From Giardia intestinalis (lineage: Eukaryota): a stretch of 64,000 bases of DNA. Location: the NCBI GenBank assembly GCA_000002435.2, contig CM018793.1, one strand, 5' to 3'. The stretch's first letter is position 1. Each line of letters begins with the position of its first letter. Positions 40,901 through 50,000 of the stretch are shown piece after piece. The notes under the pieces were generated by a model. That model ran no database searches. It worked only from the letters and a program-made list of their open reading frames with translations, and was not told the DNA's origin. The translations under genes were made by a program, and so were the position numbers.

Positions 40901-41828
40901 CGAACTGCTCAAGTATCTGCTTAGCATATGCAAGGTATTCTCTGATATCAGTGTCGGCATTGGAAGCTGCATCACCTAATAAGCGTTGACAGCAGAAGAT
41001 AGCCCATGTATAATTTTCTTCTACGAGATTCTGCGCTCTGTAACGCGTACAGGCAAGAGAGGCTATATTGATGTAGAGCAAATCTGATCGTATGTCGGCA
41101 AGATCAAGAATAGATTCGCTTATAGCGAAAAGGCCTTTACAAACAAGACTATCTGGCTGCGAACGATGTACAGCAACCTTTTTATAAAGCTTCGAAGCCT
41201 GCTGCCTGTACCTGGTCACCGAGTCATGTTCTTCGGTTAATTCTGGGCTAGTTGAGATAAGGTCCATGGCGAGTGCCCTGCTAAAGTGTTCTAGAGCCTG
41301 TAATACGTCACGGTTTAAGAGGGTTCCATCTAAAGTGGAAAACGTGCTATCGACTTGCTGCAATGTTTCAGAAATCATGTTTGCCGCTTGCAAAATATAT
41401 CCTACTGAATGGTGAATAGCTTTGGCATTGGAGGCAGCGAGTGTGTAACACGCAGACACGGTGTTATATAACAGTGCTACAATATCCAGTAAAACACTAT
41501 TTGCAATTATGGTGAGTGAAGATCCAGTGGACCATATCAGCATGGCCTGTTCAGAGGGCGCTTTAATTTCGGGGCTCTCCCAGGGAAGCATGAACAAGAG
41601 ATCCTTGGCAAGAAGATAGCATTCATAGACAGTATCCATATGAATAGACATGTCAAAGCTGGCTAATATCTTCCGCTTTTCCTTCAACCTTCTAATTACA
41701 TTAGAGATGAGTTCCACAGCCCCTGAAGGGAATATTTGGACCGTAGCTTCTAGCACTGAATAAAAGGACCCATCGTCCTGGGGTTCTAATGGGGGAAGAG
41801 AAGGAATGACGGGCGGTGGCGCGTTCAT
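31914..41828 (-). CDS. Giant coiled-coil protein (~3304 aa) with ~9.6 identical 256-aa repeats and C-terminal ankyrin repeats. The N-terminal ~450 aa form a globular, possibly Bro1-like domain
   Basis: The ORF-track start at 41831 is TTG. The ATG at 41828 is preceded by AAAAATTTAAAAAATTCGG. C-terminal NTRLMQAVALGN...GWSALMFAAQQGNMRAVKLL are ankyrin repeats. Confidence 0.7.
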   Translation of the reverse strand: MNAPPPVIPSLPPLEPQDDGSFYSVLEATVQIFPSGAVELISNVIRRLKEKRKILASFDMSIHMDTVYECYLLAKDLLFMLPWESPEIKAPSEQAMLIWSTGSSLTIIANSVLLDIVALLYNTVSACYTLAASNAKAIHHSVGYILQAANMISETLQQVDSTFSTLDGTLLNRDVLQALEHFSRALAMDLISTSPELTEEHDSVTRYRQQASKLYKKVAVHRSQPDSLVCKGLFAISESILDLADIRSDLLYINIASLACTRYRAQNLVEENYTWAIFCCQRLLGDAASNADTDIREYLAYAKQILEQFVTSTNRCGTKRITDFTLTNQDEVELQFLSRTSVPVYGTCVQPTLAPLVCRKLLMDYSDKVDTALTSGDHKEDLRDDLLNIYQTFADYHSFKNTEYPIDIRDGMNCFRELLISTYGVSLAPLSMPDTDFSSDDVNEIRAQFHKLLKERDKEIDRLRNLCINISSSIPYTPNHNLLDEVMLGMAPTPAYDIQSSKMNLNDLLLSQPISDVLARKDDEISRLQERLAAQDPRSLESEEPGAAARIQALEEALQARDEELARLQAAAAEPAIDYPALLRAAEEARAADEARHQQALDDLRQQLRANEQADRAAIQSALGRLAEKVKENEGLSKRLEDAVASGAASPRLAQTTTDYDALLAEKDREIKRLQEALLSQPTGDVLAQKDDEIAQLRDALSATRSPADGLQTAINQLADKVQDNGSLVTQLMGNIVQGVESASAEGELPVTIDGLTARIRALEDAAAEARTDAERKNAEISRLQERLAAQDPRSLESEEPGAAARIQALEEALQARDEELARLQAAAAEPAIDYPALLRAAEEARAADEARHQQALDDLRQQLRANEQADRAAIQSALGRLAEKVKENEGLSKRLEDAVASGAASPRLAQTTTDYDALLAEKDREIKRLQEALLSQPTGDVLAQKDDEIAQLRDALSATRSPADGLQTAINQLADKVQDNGSLVTQLMGNIVQGVESASAEGELPVTIDGLTARIRALEDAAAEARTDAERKNAEISRLQERLAAQDPRSLESEEPGAAARIQALEEALQARDEELARLQAAAAEPAIDYPALLRAAEEARAADEARHQQALDDLRQQLRANEQADRAAIQSALGRLAEKVKENEGLSKRLEDAVASGAASPRLAQTTTDYDALLAEKDREIKRLQEALLSQPTGDVLAQKDDEIAQLRDALSATRSPADGLQTAINQLADKVQDNGSLVTQLMGNIVQGVESASAEGELPVTIDGLTARIRALEDAAAEARTDAERKNAEISRLQERLAAQDPRSLESEEPGAAARIQALEEALQARDEELARLQAAAAEPAIDYPALLRAAEEARAADEARHQQALDDLRQQLRANEQADRAAIQSALGRLAEKVKENEGLSKRLEDAVASGAASPRLAQTTTDYDALLAEKDREIKRLQEALLSQPTGDVLAQKDDEIAQLRDALSATRSPADGLQTAINQLADKVQDNGSLVTQLMGNIVQGVESASAEGELPVTIDGLTARIRALEDAAAEARTDAERKNAEISRLQERLAAQDPRSLESEEPGAAARIQALEEALQARDEELARLQAAAAEPAIDYPALLRAAEEARAADEARHQQALDDLRQQLRANEQADRAAIQSALGRLAEKVKENEGLSKRLEDAVASGAASPRLAQTTTDYDALLAEKDREIKRLQEALLSQPTGDVLAQKDDEIAQLRDALSATRSPADGLQTAINQLADKVQDNGSLVTQLMGNIVQGVESASAEGELPVTIDGLTARIRALEDAAAEARTDAERKNAEISRLQERLAAQDPRSLESEEPGAAARIQALEEALQARDEELARLQAAAAEPAIDYPALLRAAEEARAADEARHQQALDDLRQQLRANEQADRAAIQSALGRLAEKVKENEGLSKRLEDAVASGAASPRLAQTTTDYDALLAEKDREIKRLQEALLSQPTGDVLAQKDDEIAQLRDALSATRSPADGLQTAINQLADKVQDNGSLVTQLMGNIVQGVESASAEGELPVTIDGLTARIRALEDAAAEARTDAERKNAEISRLQERLAAQDPRSLESEEPGAAARIQALEEALQARDEELARLQAAAAEPAIDYPALLRAAEEARAADEARHQQALDDLRQQLRANEQADRAAIQSALGRLAEKVKENEGLSKRLEDAVASGAASPRLAQTTTDYDALLAEKDREIKRLQEALLSQPTGDVLAQKDDEIAQLRDALSATRSPADGLQTAINQLADKVQDNGSLVTQLMGNIVQGVESASAEGELPVTIDGLTARIRALEDAAAEARTDAERKNAEISRLQERLAAQDPRSLESEEPGAAARIQALEEALQARDEELARLQAAAAEPAIDYPALLRAAEEARAADEARHQQALDDLRQQLRANEQADRAAIQSALGRLAEKVKENEGLSKRLEDAVASGAASPRLAQTTTDYDALLAEKDREIKRLQEALLSQPTGDVLAQKDDEIAQLRDALSATRSPADGLQTAINQLADKVQDNGSLVTQLMGNIVQGVESASAEGELPVTIDGLTARIRALEDAAAEARTDAERKNAEISRLQERLAAQDPRSLESEEPGAAARIQALEEALQARDEELARLQAAAAEPAIDYPALLRAAEEARAADEARHQQALDDLRQQLRANEQADRAAIQSALGRLAEKVKENEGLSKRLEDAVASGAASPRLAQTTTDYDALLAEKDREIKRLQEALLSQPTGDVLAQKDDEIAQLRDALSATRSPADGLQTAINQLADKVQDNGSLVTQLMGNIVQGVESASAEGELPVTIDGLTARIRALEDAAAEARTDAERKNAEISRLQERLAAQDPRSLESEEPGAAARIQALEEALQARDEELARLQAAAAEPAIDYPALLRAAEEARAADEARHQQALDDLRQQLRANEQADRAAIQSALGRLAEKVKENEGLSKRLEDAVASGAASPRLAQTTTDYDALLAEKDREIKRLQEALLSQPTGDVLAQKVSDESKPVDDLFLATHSSSLHDRAHEPTLAELQRELEDLRKDNALLRLTKADYARSNINPLSEKELKDRVFKYKSGYLRKAIQLRESEDARLRLQAENSALSSAIAELKAKQFAEPDKTNPVLPSNGLTLTDLHHLGSDVSLSDALVQEVEDLRGEVKRYKKAYLAKSQAYNEQEERLQGIMGSVGYLPDVITPVSSPRTSIPNTIGQQVILTDLVDWYGNTRLMQAVALGNEADIKAYLIQSGKQNRDGWSALMFAAQQGNMRAVKLLIDKEADLVRNDGMTAYKLAVENGHTEIANLLKTQTSTWRGC
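32853..40258. repeat. Perfect tandem array, 768-bp unit x about 9.6 copies (intragenic). GC-rich, and encodes the 256-aa coiled-coil unit
   Basis: Identical ORF-track peptides recur at 768-bp offsets (33395, 34163, ..., 39539). Sequence lines are identical between copies. Confidence 0.9.
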
Positions 41829-41911
41829 CAATCTCCGAATTTTTTAAATTTTTACCGAACAAATTCAAAAGACGTCACTAATGATTTACTGAAAAGGCCA
41901 TAAGGCATCCC

Positions 41912-43279
41912 TTACGACGAGCTATATTGGAGAAAGATTGGTTGATATACTTTGAAATCCTGCTCTGTGTTTAAAACAACTCCATAGACGTTTTCGTGTC
42001 CTCCAGCAATTGTTGCAGATGAAGGGTCTGCGGTGCTGCTGGTAAAGCTAGTATAGAATGCAGGGTTGATGGAGTAAGACGCTCTAATTCCTGCGACTGC
42101 ATCCGGAGTATATGTAGGAACTGGCCAAGTGAATCTGTTGGCATGTCTCGCCACGTGCCGTAGTGCCCGCTCCTTGTCAGCAAACCGAGCGGTAGCTCCA
42201 GGCGCTGCAGCTCCATCATCTGAAGATTCCAGGTCATCTCCAACTAGAACACGGTGGGCTCTGGGATCTAATTGATCCATCGAATCCTCTGGAAGGTTGA
42301 GGTTCTGGAGCTCTGAGTTATTCTCGTCATTTCCCTCCGAAGAGGACTCCTCCACCTCGGTGGACTGGTCAAATCCGCATGTCTCACAATCATAGTCTAT
42401 TCCATCTTCGATTTCAAACGGACTACACGGACCCACTCGTGAGTAAACAGCATGGATACAGTGATGGCCAAAGAATGTACGCGATGGCATGAAAATGCTT
42501 GCAACTCCTCTCGTAAAACCCTTCTCTTCGTTGGGCTTTTCCTCGTTGTAATAGCGCTGTAGTTCCTTAATTCGCTGGTGAACATACCTGACACGTTCCT
42601 CATAGTACTTGACCATCTTGGCGTCGTTCTGTGCCGGGATGATCAGCTCGCCCTGCGTATTTGCGTTGATAAACTGCTGAAGCTGGAGACCAGCGCCAGG
42701 TGGATACGATGCAAGGACACGTAGGGTCTCTGGGGTCTCGAAAAACCCGAAGAAGACTCTCCTGACCTTGTTTGCAGTGACCACATCAACGTCATTATTT
42801 AGAAGGGTTTTCCGTAAAGTTATGTGTGGCTGCATGATGGCATTTGTTGGCTGGGATTTTCGCTTGTCTTCACAGTTTTGATAGAATGAAGCCAGACATG
42901 ACAGTTGGTTTTCCGGTGGGGTTTTAGCATGGAAGAGCCGCCTGAAAAAGGCTTCTATATCCTCCACGGTAGTATAGACAGCATGAGTCGGTAGAGGATA
43001 AGATAAATCTGTCTTAGCTAGAGGACGCTCAAAGGCAGAGACAGACGGCTTCAAGGGTTGTGTGCATGTCGGTGCCTGTGCACCAGTACTCTGCTTTGGT
43101 GCCTTTTTAACAAAGTCAAGGATATTCATATATTTGGACCTGCGTCCTGGGCCCTTTTTTCCATCTGGCGGCCCCGCTGATGGCACTGCAGAAGGTTCAG
43201 CTGCTACTTCACAAACTTCGTCCAAGGTTTCATCGTTAAATAAAGCGTCTGGAAGGCTCAGAGAAGGGAGCTGTGACAT
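41912..43279 (-). CDS. Hypothetical protein (~455 aa) with an acidic Ser-rich segment and Cys/His cluster (HHCIHAVYSRVGPCSPFEIEDGIDYDCETCGFD)
   Basis: The ORF-track start at 43309 is GTG. The ATG at 43279 lies 27 nt after the upstream gene's stop, with GTAAAAAAATCC in between. Confidence 0.45.
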   Translation of the reverse strand: MSQLPSLSLPDALFNDETLDEVCEVAAEPSAVPSAGPPDGKKGPGRRSKYMNILDFVKKAPKQSTGAQAPTCTQPLKPSVSAFERPLAKTDLSYPLPTHAVYTTVEDIEAFFRRLFHAKTPPENQLSCLASFYQNCEDKRKSQPTNAIMQPHITLRKTLLNNDVDVVTANKVRRVFFGFFETPETLRVLASYPPGAGLQLQQFINANTQGELIIPAQNDAKMVKYYEERVRYVHQRIKELQRYYNEEKPNEEKGFTRGVASIFMPSRTFFGHHCIHAVYSRVGPCSPFEIEDGIDYDCETCGFDQSTEVEESSSEGNDENNSELQNLNLPEDSMDQLDPRAHRVLVGDDLESSDDGAAAPGATARFADKERALRHVARHANRFTWPVPTYTPDAVAGIRASYSINPAFYTSFTSSTADPSSATIAGGHENVYGVVLNTEQDFKVYQPIFLQYSSS

Positions 43280-43308
43280 GAGAAGATCCAAGGATTTTTT
43301 TACAACCA

Positions 43309-45918
43309 CTAGGCTATTGCGAGATTCACAGCGGTATCACTGAAAACAACGTCCTTAATGGCGTGTGCAGAGGTTGCAGAGATTACAATGCCTTTTTCCA
43401 TGAGAGAAATAGCCGAGTGGGTTGCTACCAGTGAACTAGAATCCATCAGTCGGATCCCTGTAACAGAGTCTCTCAGAAAGCTATCTTTCAAGTAGATGTC
43501 TGATTGGAATGCACCTATCCCCATGTGTCCCGCGCCAACTATGGTTGTCTGTCCATCTATGCAAATAGTTGTCCCTCGTACAATGCATGCTGAGCGTCTT
43601 TGACGTGAAATCATGGAGTGGGTGCAAAGAATTTCGGATCCAAGTGCAAACAATCCGTCATTGCAATTGCACAAAGCGACGTTACCAATTACAACTGCAG
43701 AGGTGTCTATGTGAAGCCCACGCCAAAAAGACTCCGTTGCCAGAAGCACATTAGAGATGGTGCCCATGCTCCTGGTCAGCGAAATTCCAATGGAATTGAC
43801 CCGTAGTACTTCCTCACGAAGCAGGCCCGGCGTAACTCCATCTACGTGTCTAAGGTGCTTGAGCATCATGTTCTTGCTTGAGCTCTCTTGCTTCTTGATG
43901 CACTTAAGCCGCTGGATTAAGATCCTAGCAATGGCGATGGGAAACGGAGAGGCCCTGTCCGACAGAACAAATGGAGCAATCTTCCCACGGAGGTGTCCAA
44001 ACTTTGAGTACTCCAACAAGTCACTGTCTATCATATCTTCAGCGTAGAGCTTTGCACTGACACAGTAGCAATCTCGAATGTCTGCATTACATTCATAGAG
44101 GGCTATACACGATGATTCTGGCTCTGAAAATACAATGCGAAGAAGGTGTAAGAAAGAGCCTACGCCTTGCACACCTGTCACGATGCTCCGTAGCTTTCCG
44201 GAAATCTTTTCATCTGTTTTCAGAGAGGATACAGTGATAGGATCTAAGTACGATGGATCCGGCGCCAAAAATAACTTTCGAGATATCTCGACCGTCGGAC
44301 TGATTATTGAACAATCTGCAATAATAATGGGATGATGATGGTCGCCATACGTTGCAATTCCTGTCAAGCAGAACTGGAAGCTACACTGAGAGATGGACTT
44401 AATCATGTTATCTGACAGATTGTCTTTTGATATTAATGACCCCCCGATCAGAAGCTCCTTAATACCATCGGGATTATTGTAGTAGCAATCCATAAACTCA
44501 TGGTGAAATGGAGATAGTGTATTGAATTTCAGCTCTGCGCCAAAGGTATCGGCAATGTATTCCTTTCCTGTCATGACCTTGTCATTAGAGCAGAAGTTCT
44601 CACCAAAAGAAGCAACCCCGCAGTGGCAAAGGAAGAACAATGACTTCTGCACCAGCACGGTGGAAAGGCCTCGACACACAACTGCTGCAGTGTGGGGAAG
44701 CTCAACGGAGCTTATAGCAGGAAATGCCATTCCGTGGCCCCTGAATATGCAACCATCGATTACCACATCTGTAGAGTGTTCTACAACTATTCCTGGGCCA
44801 GTGTTTGGTCCAAAGTGACAGTCTTTGAAGATTACAACTGCAGATCCAAAGACATGTACTTGGGCGTGAGATACTTTGAGAAATGTCCCATATTTGCCGG
44901 AAATGTGCTCCCGAATGCTCATTATGGTTGCAAGCTCCTGTTCCATAGCATGCTTGCTCGTTACTGTCGCCCTTTGAAGCTTTGTCCGAGCTCGAGATAC
45001 TACTCGGTCCCAAAATGACGCACTGGGAACCCGCTTAATGGGCCCAAAGGAACAATTAATAAAAGTAATGGCAATGTTATCCAGTTTTCTTTTGATTGAA
45101 CTGATAGTTGGTCTTCTAACAAACACTTGTCCACTGAAGTGAATGCTCTCAAACGTAGTGCTTGATGATATAATAAGAAGGGGCTGCTTGAACCAACTCC
45201 GCTTCTGATTGAGTATTTTGTAAAAGGACTCTATAGGCGGTATTCGCTCTTGGTAGACATTGGAGCGGGTGTCGTTTGCCTTGAAGGGGCCAAAAGCTCG
45301 GTTCTTCACAGCTAGTAGCTTGGGATCAAACTGTGTCGATCCACCTCCAACAGAAGAATTAATTCTCCAACGTGGCTTATCACATGGACCCAAAAGTGTG
45401 TCGCATGTTCGCGTTATTCGAAAGGCCCCCTTACACTGGCGATAGAAATCTATAGGTGTCTCTATTATCGCAAGCTTCCTGAAAAGGCTGATCTTTGCAG
45501 GAATCGAAAAGACAATCGGCGCCTGAATGTTGTTTCTAATGCGTATGTCCTTTTTCATGCGGTACATACTCATTGAGCTCAAGATTGTAGTAAACTTAGT
45601 TCGCTCATTTCCACATGTCTTGTCAGCCAGCGTGGATACAAGGCCTTTACGGAACTGCCACTCACACACGTCTGCTAGATACTGGTAGGTAAGAAGCTGT
45701 GTGTAGACAGATGTAGTGTTTCCTTTAATGACGTTAGTTGTGTCCTCTACTATTTGTTCAAGACGAGCATGCTCAATGGCTTTTGTGGCGTCTTCAAAGC
45801 CCGTTGCTTCGTTGACCTTCTTCAAATGTTTATTGACGTCGTGCACAATAGCTGCCATCCTCTCTGTTACATTACTCATCTGTGTAAGGAGCCCATAGAT
45901 GGGGTGCAAGACATTCAT
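43309..45918 (-). CDS. Parallel beta-helix (PbH1/CASH-like) repeat protein, ~869 aa
   Basis: Repeats of the form VVIFKDCHFGPNTGPGIVVEHSTDVVIDGCIFRGHGMAFPAI and IVRGTTICIDGQTTIVGAGHMGIGAFQSDIYLKDSFLRDSVTGIRLMD. The ORF-track start at 45960 is TTG. The ATG at 45918 is preceded by AAGTAAATTTTATACC. Confidence 0.5.
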   Translation of the reverse strand: MNVLHPIYGLLTQMSNVTERMAAIVHDVNKHLKKVNEATGFEDATKAIEHARLEQIVEDTTNVIKGNTTSVYTQLLTYQYLADVCEWQFRKGLVSTLADKTCGNERTKFTTILSSMSMYRMKKDIRIRNNIQAPIVFSIPAKISLFRKLAIIETPIDFYRQCKGAFRITRTCDTLLGPCDKPRWRINSSVGGGSTQFDPKLLAVKNRAFGPFKANDTRSNVYQERIPPIESFYKILNQKRSWFKQPLLIISSSTTFESIHFSGQVFVRRPTISSIKRKLDNIAITFINCSFGPIKRVPSASFWDRVVSRARTKLQRATVTSKHAMEQELATIMSIREHISGKYGTFLKVSHAQVHVFGSAVVIFKDCHFGPNTGPGIVVEHSTDVVIDGCIFRGHGMAFPAISSVELPHTAAVVCRGLSTVLVQKSLFFLCHCGVASFGENFCSNDKVMTGKEYIADTFGAELKFNTLSPFHHEFMDCYYNNPDGIKELLIGGSLISKDNLSDNMIKSISQCSFQFCLTGIATYGDHHHPIIIADCSIISPTVEISRKLFLAPDPSYLDPITVSSLKTDEKISGKLRSIVTGVQGVGSFLHLLRIVFSEPESSCIALYECNADIRDCYCVSAKLYAEDMIDSDLLEYSKFGHLRGKIAPFVLSDRASPFPIAIARILIQRLKCIKKQESSSKNMMLKHLRHVDGVTPGLLREEVLRVNSIGISLTRSMGTISNVLLATESFWRGLHIDTSAVVIGNVALCNCNDGLFALGSEILCTHSMISRQRRSACIVRGTTICIDGQTTIVGAGHMGIGAFQSDIYLKDSFLRDSVTGIRLMDSSSLVATHSAISLMEKGIVISATSAHAIKDVVFSDTAVNLAIA

Positions 45919-45960
45919 GGAGCCGGTATAAAATTTACTTGGGGGGCTGTTAGCTCTCAA

Positions 45961-46650
45961 CTAATTCCTTATGATTTTCAAATTGAGGCTATCGACCGCA
46001 GGGACCTGCTGGCGGATAACGTGGCTAATGCCCTCTATCATGAGGTAGGCTACCACCCTGGTGATGAATTCAGCAAATATCTCCTTGAAGCCGCCTCGAA
46101 GTGCCCCCCGTAGCCACTCCCTCTTTGACTTGGAGAATAAGAAGCTGGTAAGGAACCCAGCGATGCTTCCGGTAACAAATGCCTCTGGCGGAGTAAGACG
46201 TCGACCATATGAGAACAGAGTGTTCTTCAAGGCCAGCATTTTCAAAAACTCGACAGAAAACTGATACGTGAGAGACCTGACCAGCTCCACAGGGGAGAAA
46301 ATGTGAAATATAGACAGAGATGAAATCGCAGATGCTGCAGAGGTGCTAAGGACCTTCTTAATGTCCGCTTTTATGATGCGCTGCATACACGTGTCAGACT
46401 TATCTACGCTGTTAGAGCCAAAAACCATTGAGGTAAGCTCTGAGAGAAGAGCTCCGGGGCCTTCGTTATGCAGGACATCGTAAATTCTATGAACCACGCC
46501 AAAAAGACCTCCCATGGTAAGACAGTGGAAAGATATGCCGGACTCTATGTTCGCCGTATTGGTCTTGTCAATAAAATCGTTATATTGGGCAAAGACATCA
46601 TGCAGAATGTCCATGGCCACCCAATTTATTTGAAATTTAGTTGGATGCAT
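45961..46650 (-). CDS. Hypothetical protein (~229 aa)
   Basis: Start uncertain. The ORF-track start at 46689 is GTG. Candidate ATGs are at 46650 and 46620. Confidence 0.35.
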   Translation of the reverse strand: MHPTKFQINWVAMDILHDVFAQYNDFIDKTNTANIESGISFHCLTMGGLFGVVHRIYDVLHNEGPGALLSELTSMVFGSNSVDKSDTCMQRIIKADIKKVLSTSAASAISSLSIFHIFSPVELVRSLTYQFSVEFLKMLALKNTLFSYGRRLTPPEAFVTGSIAGFLTSFLFSKSKREWLRGALRGGFKEIFAEFITRVVAYLMIEGISHVIRQQVPAVDSLNLKIIRN

Positions 46651-47057
46651 GACAACATCCAGAGCCGTAGGCGGTTCATAAGAACACACAGAGACACAAC
46701 AAATATAATTAGAGACACACCAGCTCTTATTAGAGATTCAATCAAATAGCGTGTCTGCTCTTTGTTCGATGGTGCGATTGGAAGTGAAACTTGACGATTC
46801 CACGCCCTAACAGTTGTTATTGCAACAAGAGAGCTAGAAAGAAGAGTGCTGGGAACATCTCTGGCTAAAACAGCAACTAAGAACATGACGCAGGGCAGAT
46901 AAGCCTCGTATCTGGCCATTCTATTCGCACGGGCTTTCGTGTCGAGAGACGAGTAGAATGCTTCTGCAAAGTATAACAGCACGATAGACTGGTAGAGGGA
47001 GAGAACCAACTGGCTCAGTGCCAGGAACATTTGGAGGCTATGAGTCAGGATGAACAT
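46626..47057 (-). CDS. Possible small multi-TM membrane protein (143 aa)
   Basis: Hydrophobic ORF with ATG at 47057. Its 5' end overlaps the ATG (47040) of the divergent plus-strand gene, so it may be spurious. Confidence 0.2.
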   Translation of the reverse strand: MFILTHSLQMFLALSQLVLSLYQSIVLLYFAEAFYSSLDTKARANRMARYEAYLPCVMFLVAVLARDVPSTLLSSSLVAITTVRAWNRQVSLPIAPSNKEQTRYLIESLIRAGVSLIIFVVSLCVLMNRLRLWMLSCIQLNFK

Positions 47058-50000
47058 TTAAAAAAGATTATATCATCGCAAGGTTGGTTTGGTGCGATTA
47101 CGGCCGGGGACGCTGCAGAGGTGTCGCGTCTGTGTGCTCGCTTCCTTCGGGAGACAGACCGGACCGGCACCACTGGGCTCATGTATGCTGCAGCATCCGA
47201 TAACGAGGAGATTGTGCAGATGCTCGTTAAGGATGAGAACTCCATGCGCAATCATATCGGGGAGACAGCTCTGCTGATCGCTGCTGCCCAGAACTCGGCC
47301 AAAGTCATCCCTCTTCTGTTACCATATGAACATGAAATGGTACTACTTAATGGAGCTACTGCGTTGCATGTCGCTGTTCAACATGGGAGTATGGAATCAA
47401 TACCACAGTTGGTTGACTGCTACAGCTGTGCCCGTGATAGAAACGGGTTTACCGCAATGGAGTACTGCGCCTACAACAATCTTCTTCCCCAGCTATCTCT
47501 GTTGGTAAAACATGGGAGTTATACCATTGAAGACCTAAAACATGCTGCTTCGATTGCAGATTCCGCGGGACATAAGCTCTGTGCCGCGGCCTTGTGGAAA
47601 GCCTCAAATACATATCCTGGGACTTCACTAAGATTGTCTAATCTAAAATTAACCACTGCACACATAGATGTGCCACCCAATAGTGCACAAAGTATTGATT
47701 CGTTGTCAGGAAGCAGGTTTACTGCCACTTCTCACTCCCATCCCTTAACCCTTACTCAACTGGATGCCAAGCAGCTGCAAGCTGCCTTCCATGCACTGAG
47801 TGATGAAGCAGACACGAATGGGAGTCCAGAGGGAGAAGGAAACAACCTTGCTGCAAACCATCCAAATGTAGTGCTTGCCTCGAACAACGATCCTTGCGAA
47901 AATCAGGGGATTTGTATGCTTAACTCAATGGCTGAATGCAGTGCGAGCACCAGTCCGTCCATTTTCCAAGGAAGACAGGAGTCTGTGTTAGTTCCTGATG
48001 TACCGCAGGGAGGCAACGAGCTGGTATTAAGTCCGAGCTCTTTGGATTCTTCCTTACCCTTGCTGGCTTCTCAGTTGTCTGGTACAGATAGGAGCACGCA
48101 GAGGAGTGAAGTACGTATTCTAGTTGAGCATTTACGCTCCGCCTTAGAGCAAGCAAGGGGTGATCTTAAAGACAAGACGGTTACAATACTGCGCTTGGAA
48201 GAAGAGGTAAAGAAGTTGACAGAAAAGAACGTACAGAGATCCTCAGGTTTTCTCTCTGCAGCGGAAGCCTTATCTCTACGTGAAGAGGTAGCGTACTATA
48301 AGCATCTCTTGGTCAAGCGCGATGCCCACGAAAAAGAGCTAAAGCAAGAGATAGGTAGGCTGCAGAACGAAAGCACGGATGTCTTATCGTCATTACGCTG
48401 TAAGATCAAGCAGGACCAAGAACATGGCAAGGATCTTAGACTTGAGGAAAAAGGCCAATCATCCGCCCAAGTTGACTCGCCAGAGTCACTATCGGAATGT
48501 TCACACAATTTGTGTGCGTTGGCATACGCGGTGAAGCAGCTGTGGACCATGCTTGATGCGCAGGAGGCAAATCTACCGGTTCCAGATTTGGTTCCAGAAA
48601 CGGCGACTATTGCTGACATCCTTCTCAGCTTTAAATCCTTGGAAGTACAGCTTCAAAGATTGACTTGTGATGTCAGCTCAAGGCCTCGTACTGACCCCCC
48701 TTCGTCTGCAAAGACTATACTTGACGCCAATTTAGATACTTCAAACGAGCAGATTGAGCAACTTATAGAAGAGTTAGCAGATAGCAACGCCAGAAGACGC
48801 CAGCTTGAAGAGCAGCTTGCGGAGGCACAGGGTTCCATTGATCAATACAAACAATTGGCCGAGGCTGCTCGAAGCTGCCAAGCACAATCAGAGGCCAGGC
48901 TTTCCCAGTACTTTGAGGTTCACCGCAACGAATTGGCATTGATCACTAATGAAGTGAATAGTGCCAAAGAGACGATTGCTAGAATGATAGAGGGTCCCGT
49001 TGATAACGACGTCAGTGTAACCACCATCACAGATTCATTGTCTTCTGGGTCTGCAAAGTCTCTTACGTACTATGTGGAGCTCGTCTTCACGCTTATCAAT
49101 TGGTACAAAGGGGCAATGGAGAGCATAAAGCAGGAGCTAGAGCAGCTTCAAGCGGATAATGATGCACTTAGGCTGACAAATGCAGAGTTAAAACGGTTAA
49201 ATGATGTACTGGAACACCCCATTAGACTTAGCTCTAGCAACCCTGACACCGCTGCTATGGAAGCCAAAATCGTAGCTTTAGACGCCAAAAATACTGACCT
49301 CCACAATGAGCTCGTCGATTGCCGTAAGAAACTCTATGATCTACAGAAGGAGGTAGCAAATTACAAAGATAAACTCCTTACAGCTCACTCCAGCGAAGAA
49401 CTTGAAGCCGTCAAGCTTCGATCACATCTATCTATGTACGCTGATGCATACAAAACTCTCAAAGACAGCTCTCTTTCTATGGGCCAGGAGCTTGACATGC
49501 TTCGGTCTGAATTAGATCTGTATCGATCGCTTCACGGAGATATTAAGGAACGAACGGAATCACAACCAGTGGACACAGACGTAACTGCATCACGTGTCTA
49601 TCCTTCCACGTTGGAGACTTCAAATTTGACAGCACCGTCCGGGCCTCTTTCAACAACAGTTATCAGACAAAACGTCATGACGCCTTTAATGATTGCTGCC
49701 CAACAGGGATCTCTCCGAGAGTGTAAAAACAACATGCAGTATGTTCGCCAGCAACTTCCCAATGGAATGACTGCACTCATGTTTGCAGCGAGTGCTGGAA
49801 ACAAGGAGATTGTCGAGCTGTTGGCGCCACATGAGTGCTCCTTTATCAGACACGATAATATGTGTGCAGCAGAGGTTGCTCTGACATGCGGTCATTATGA
49901 CTGTGCAGAGCTTCTTCGGAGTGCAGAGGCCCTGCATACCAGCAAGCTTGGTGGCATGGCAGAAGGTATGTTGTCCAGTATTATTTCAGCTGCAATCTCA

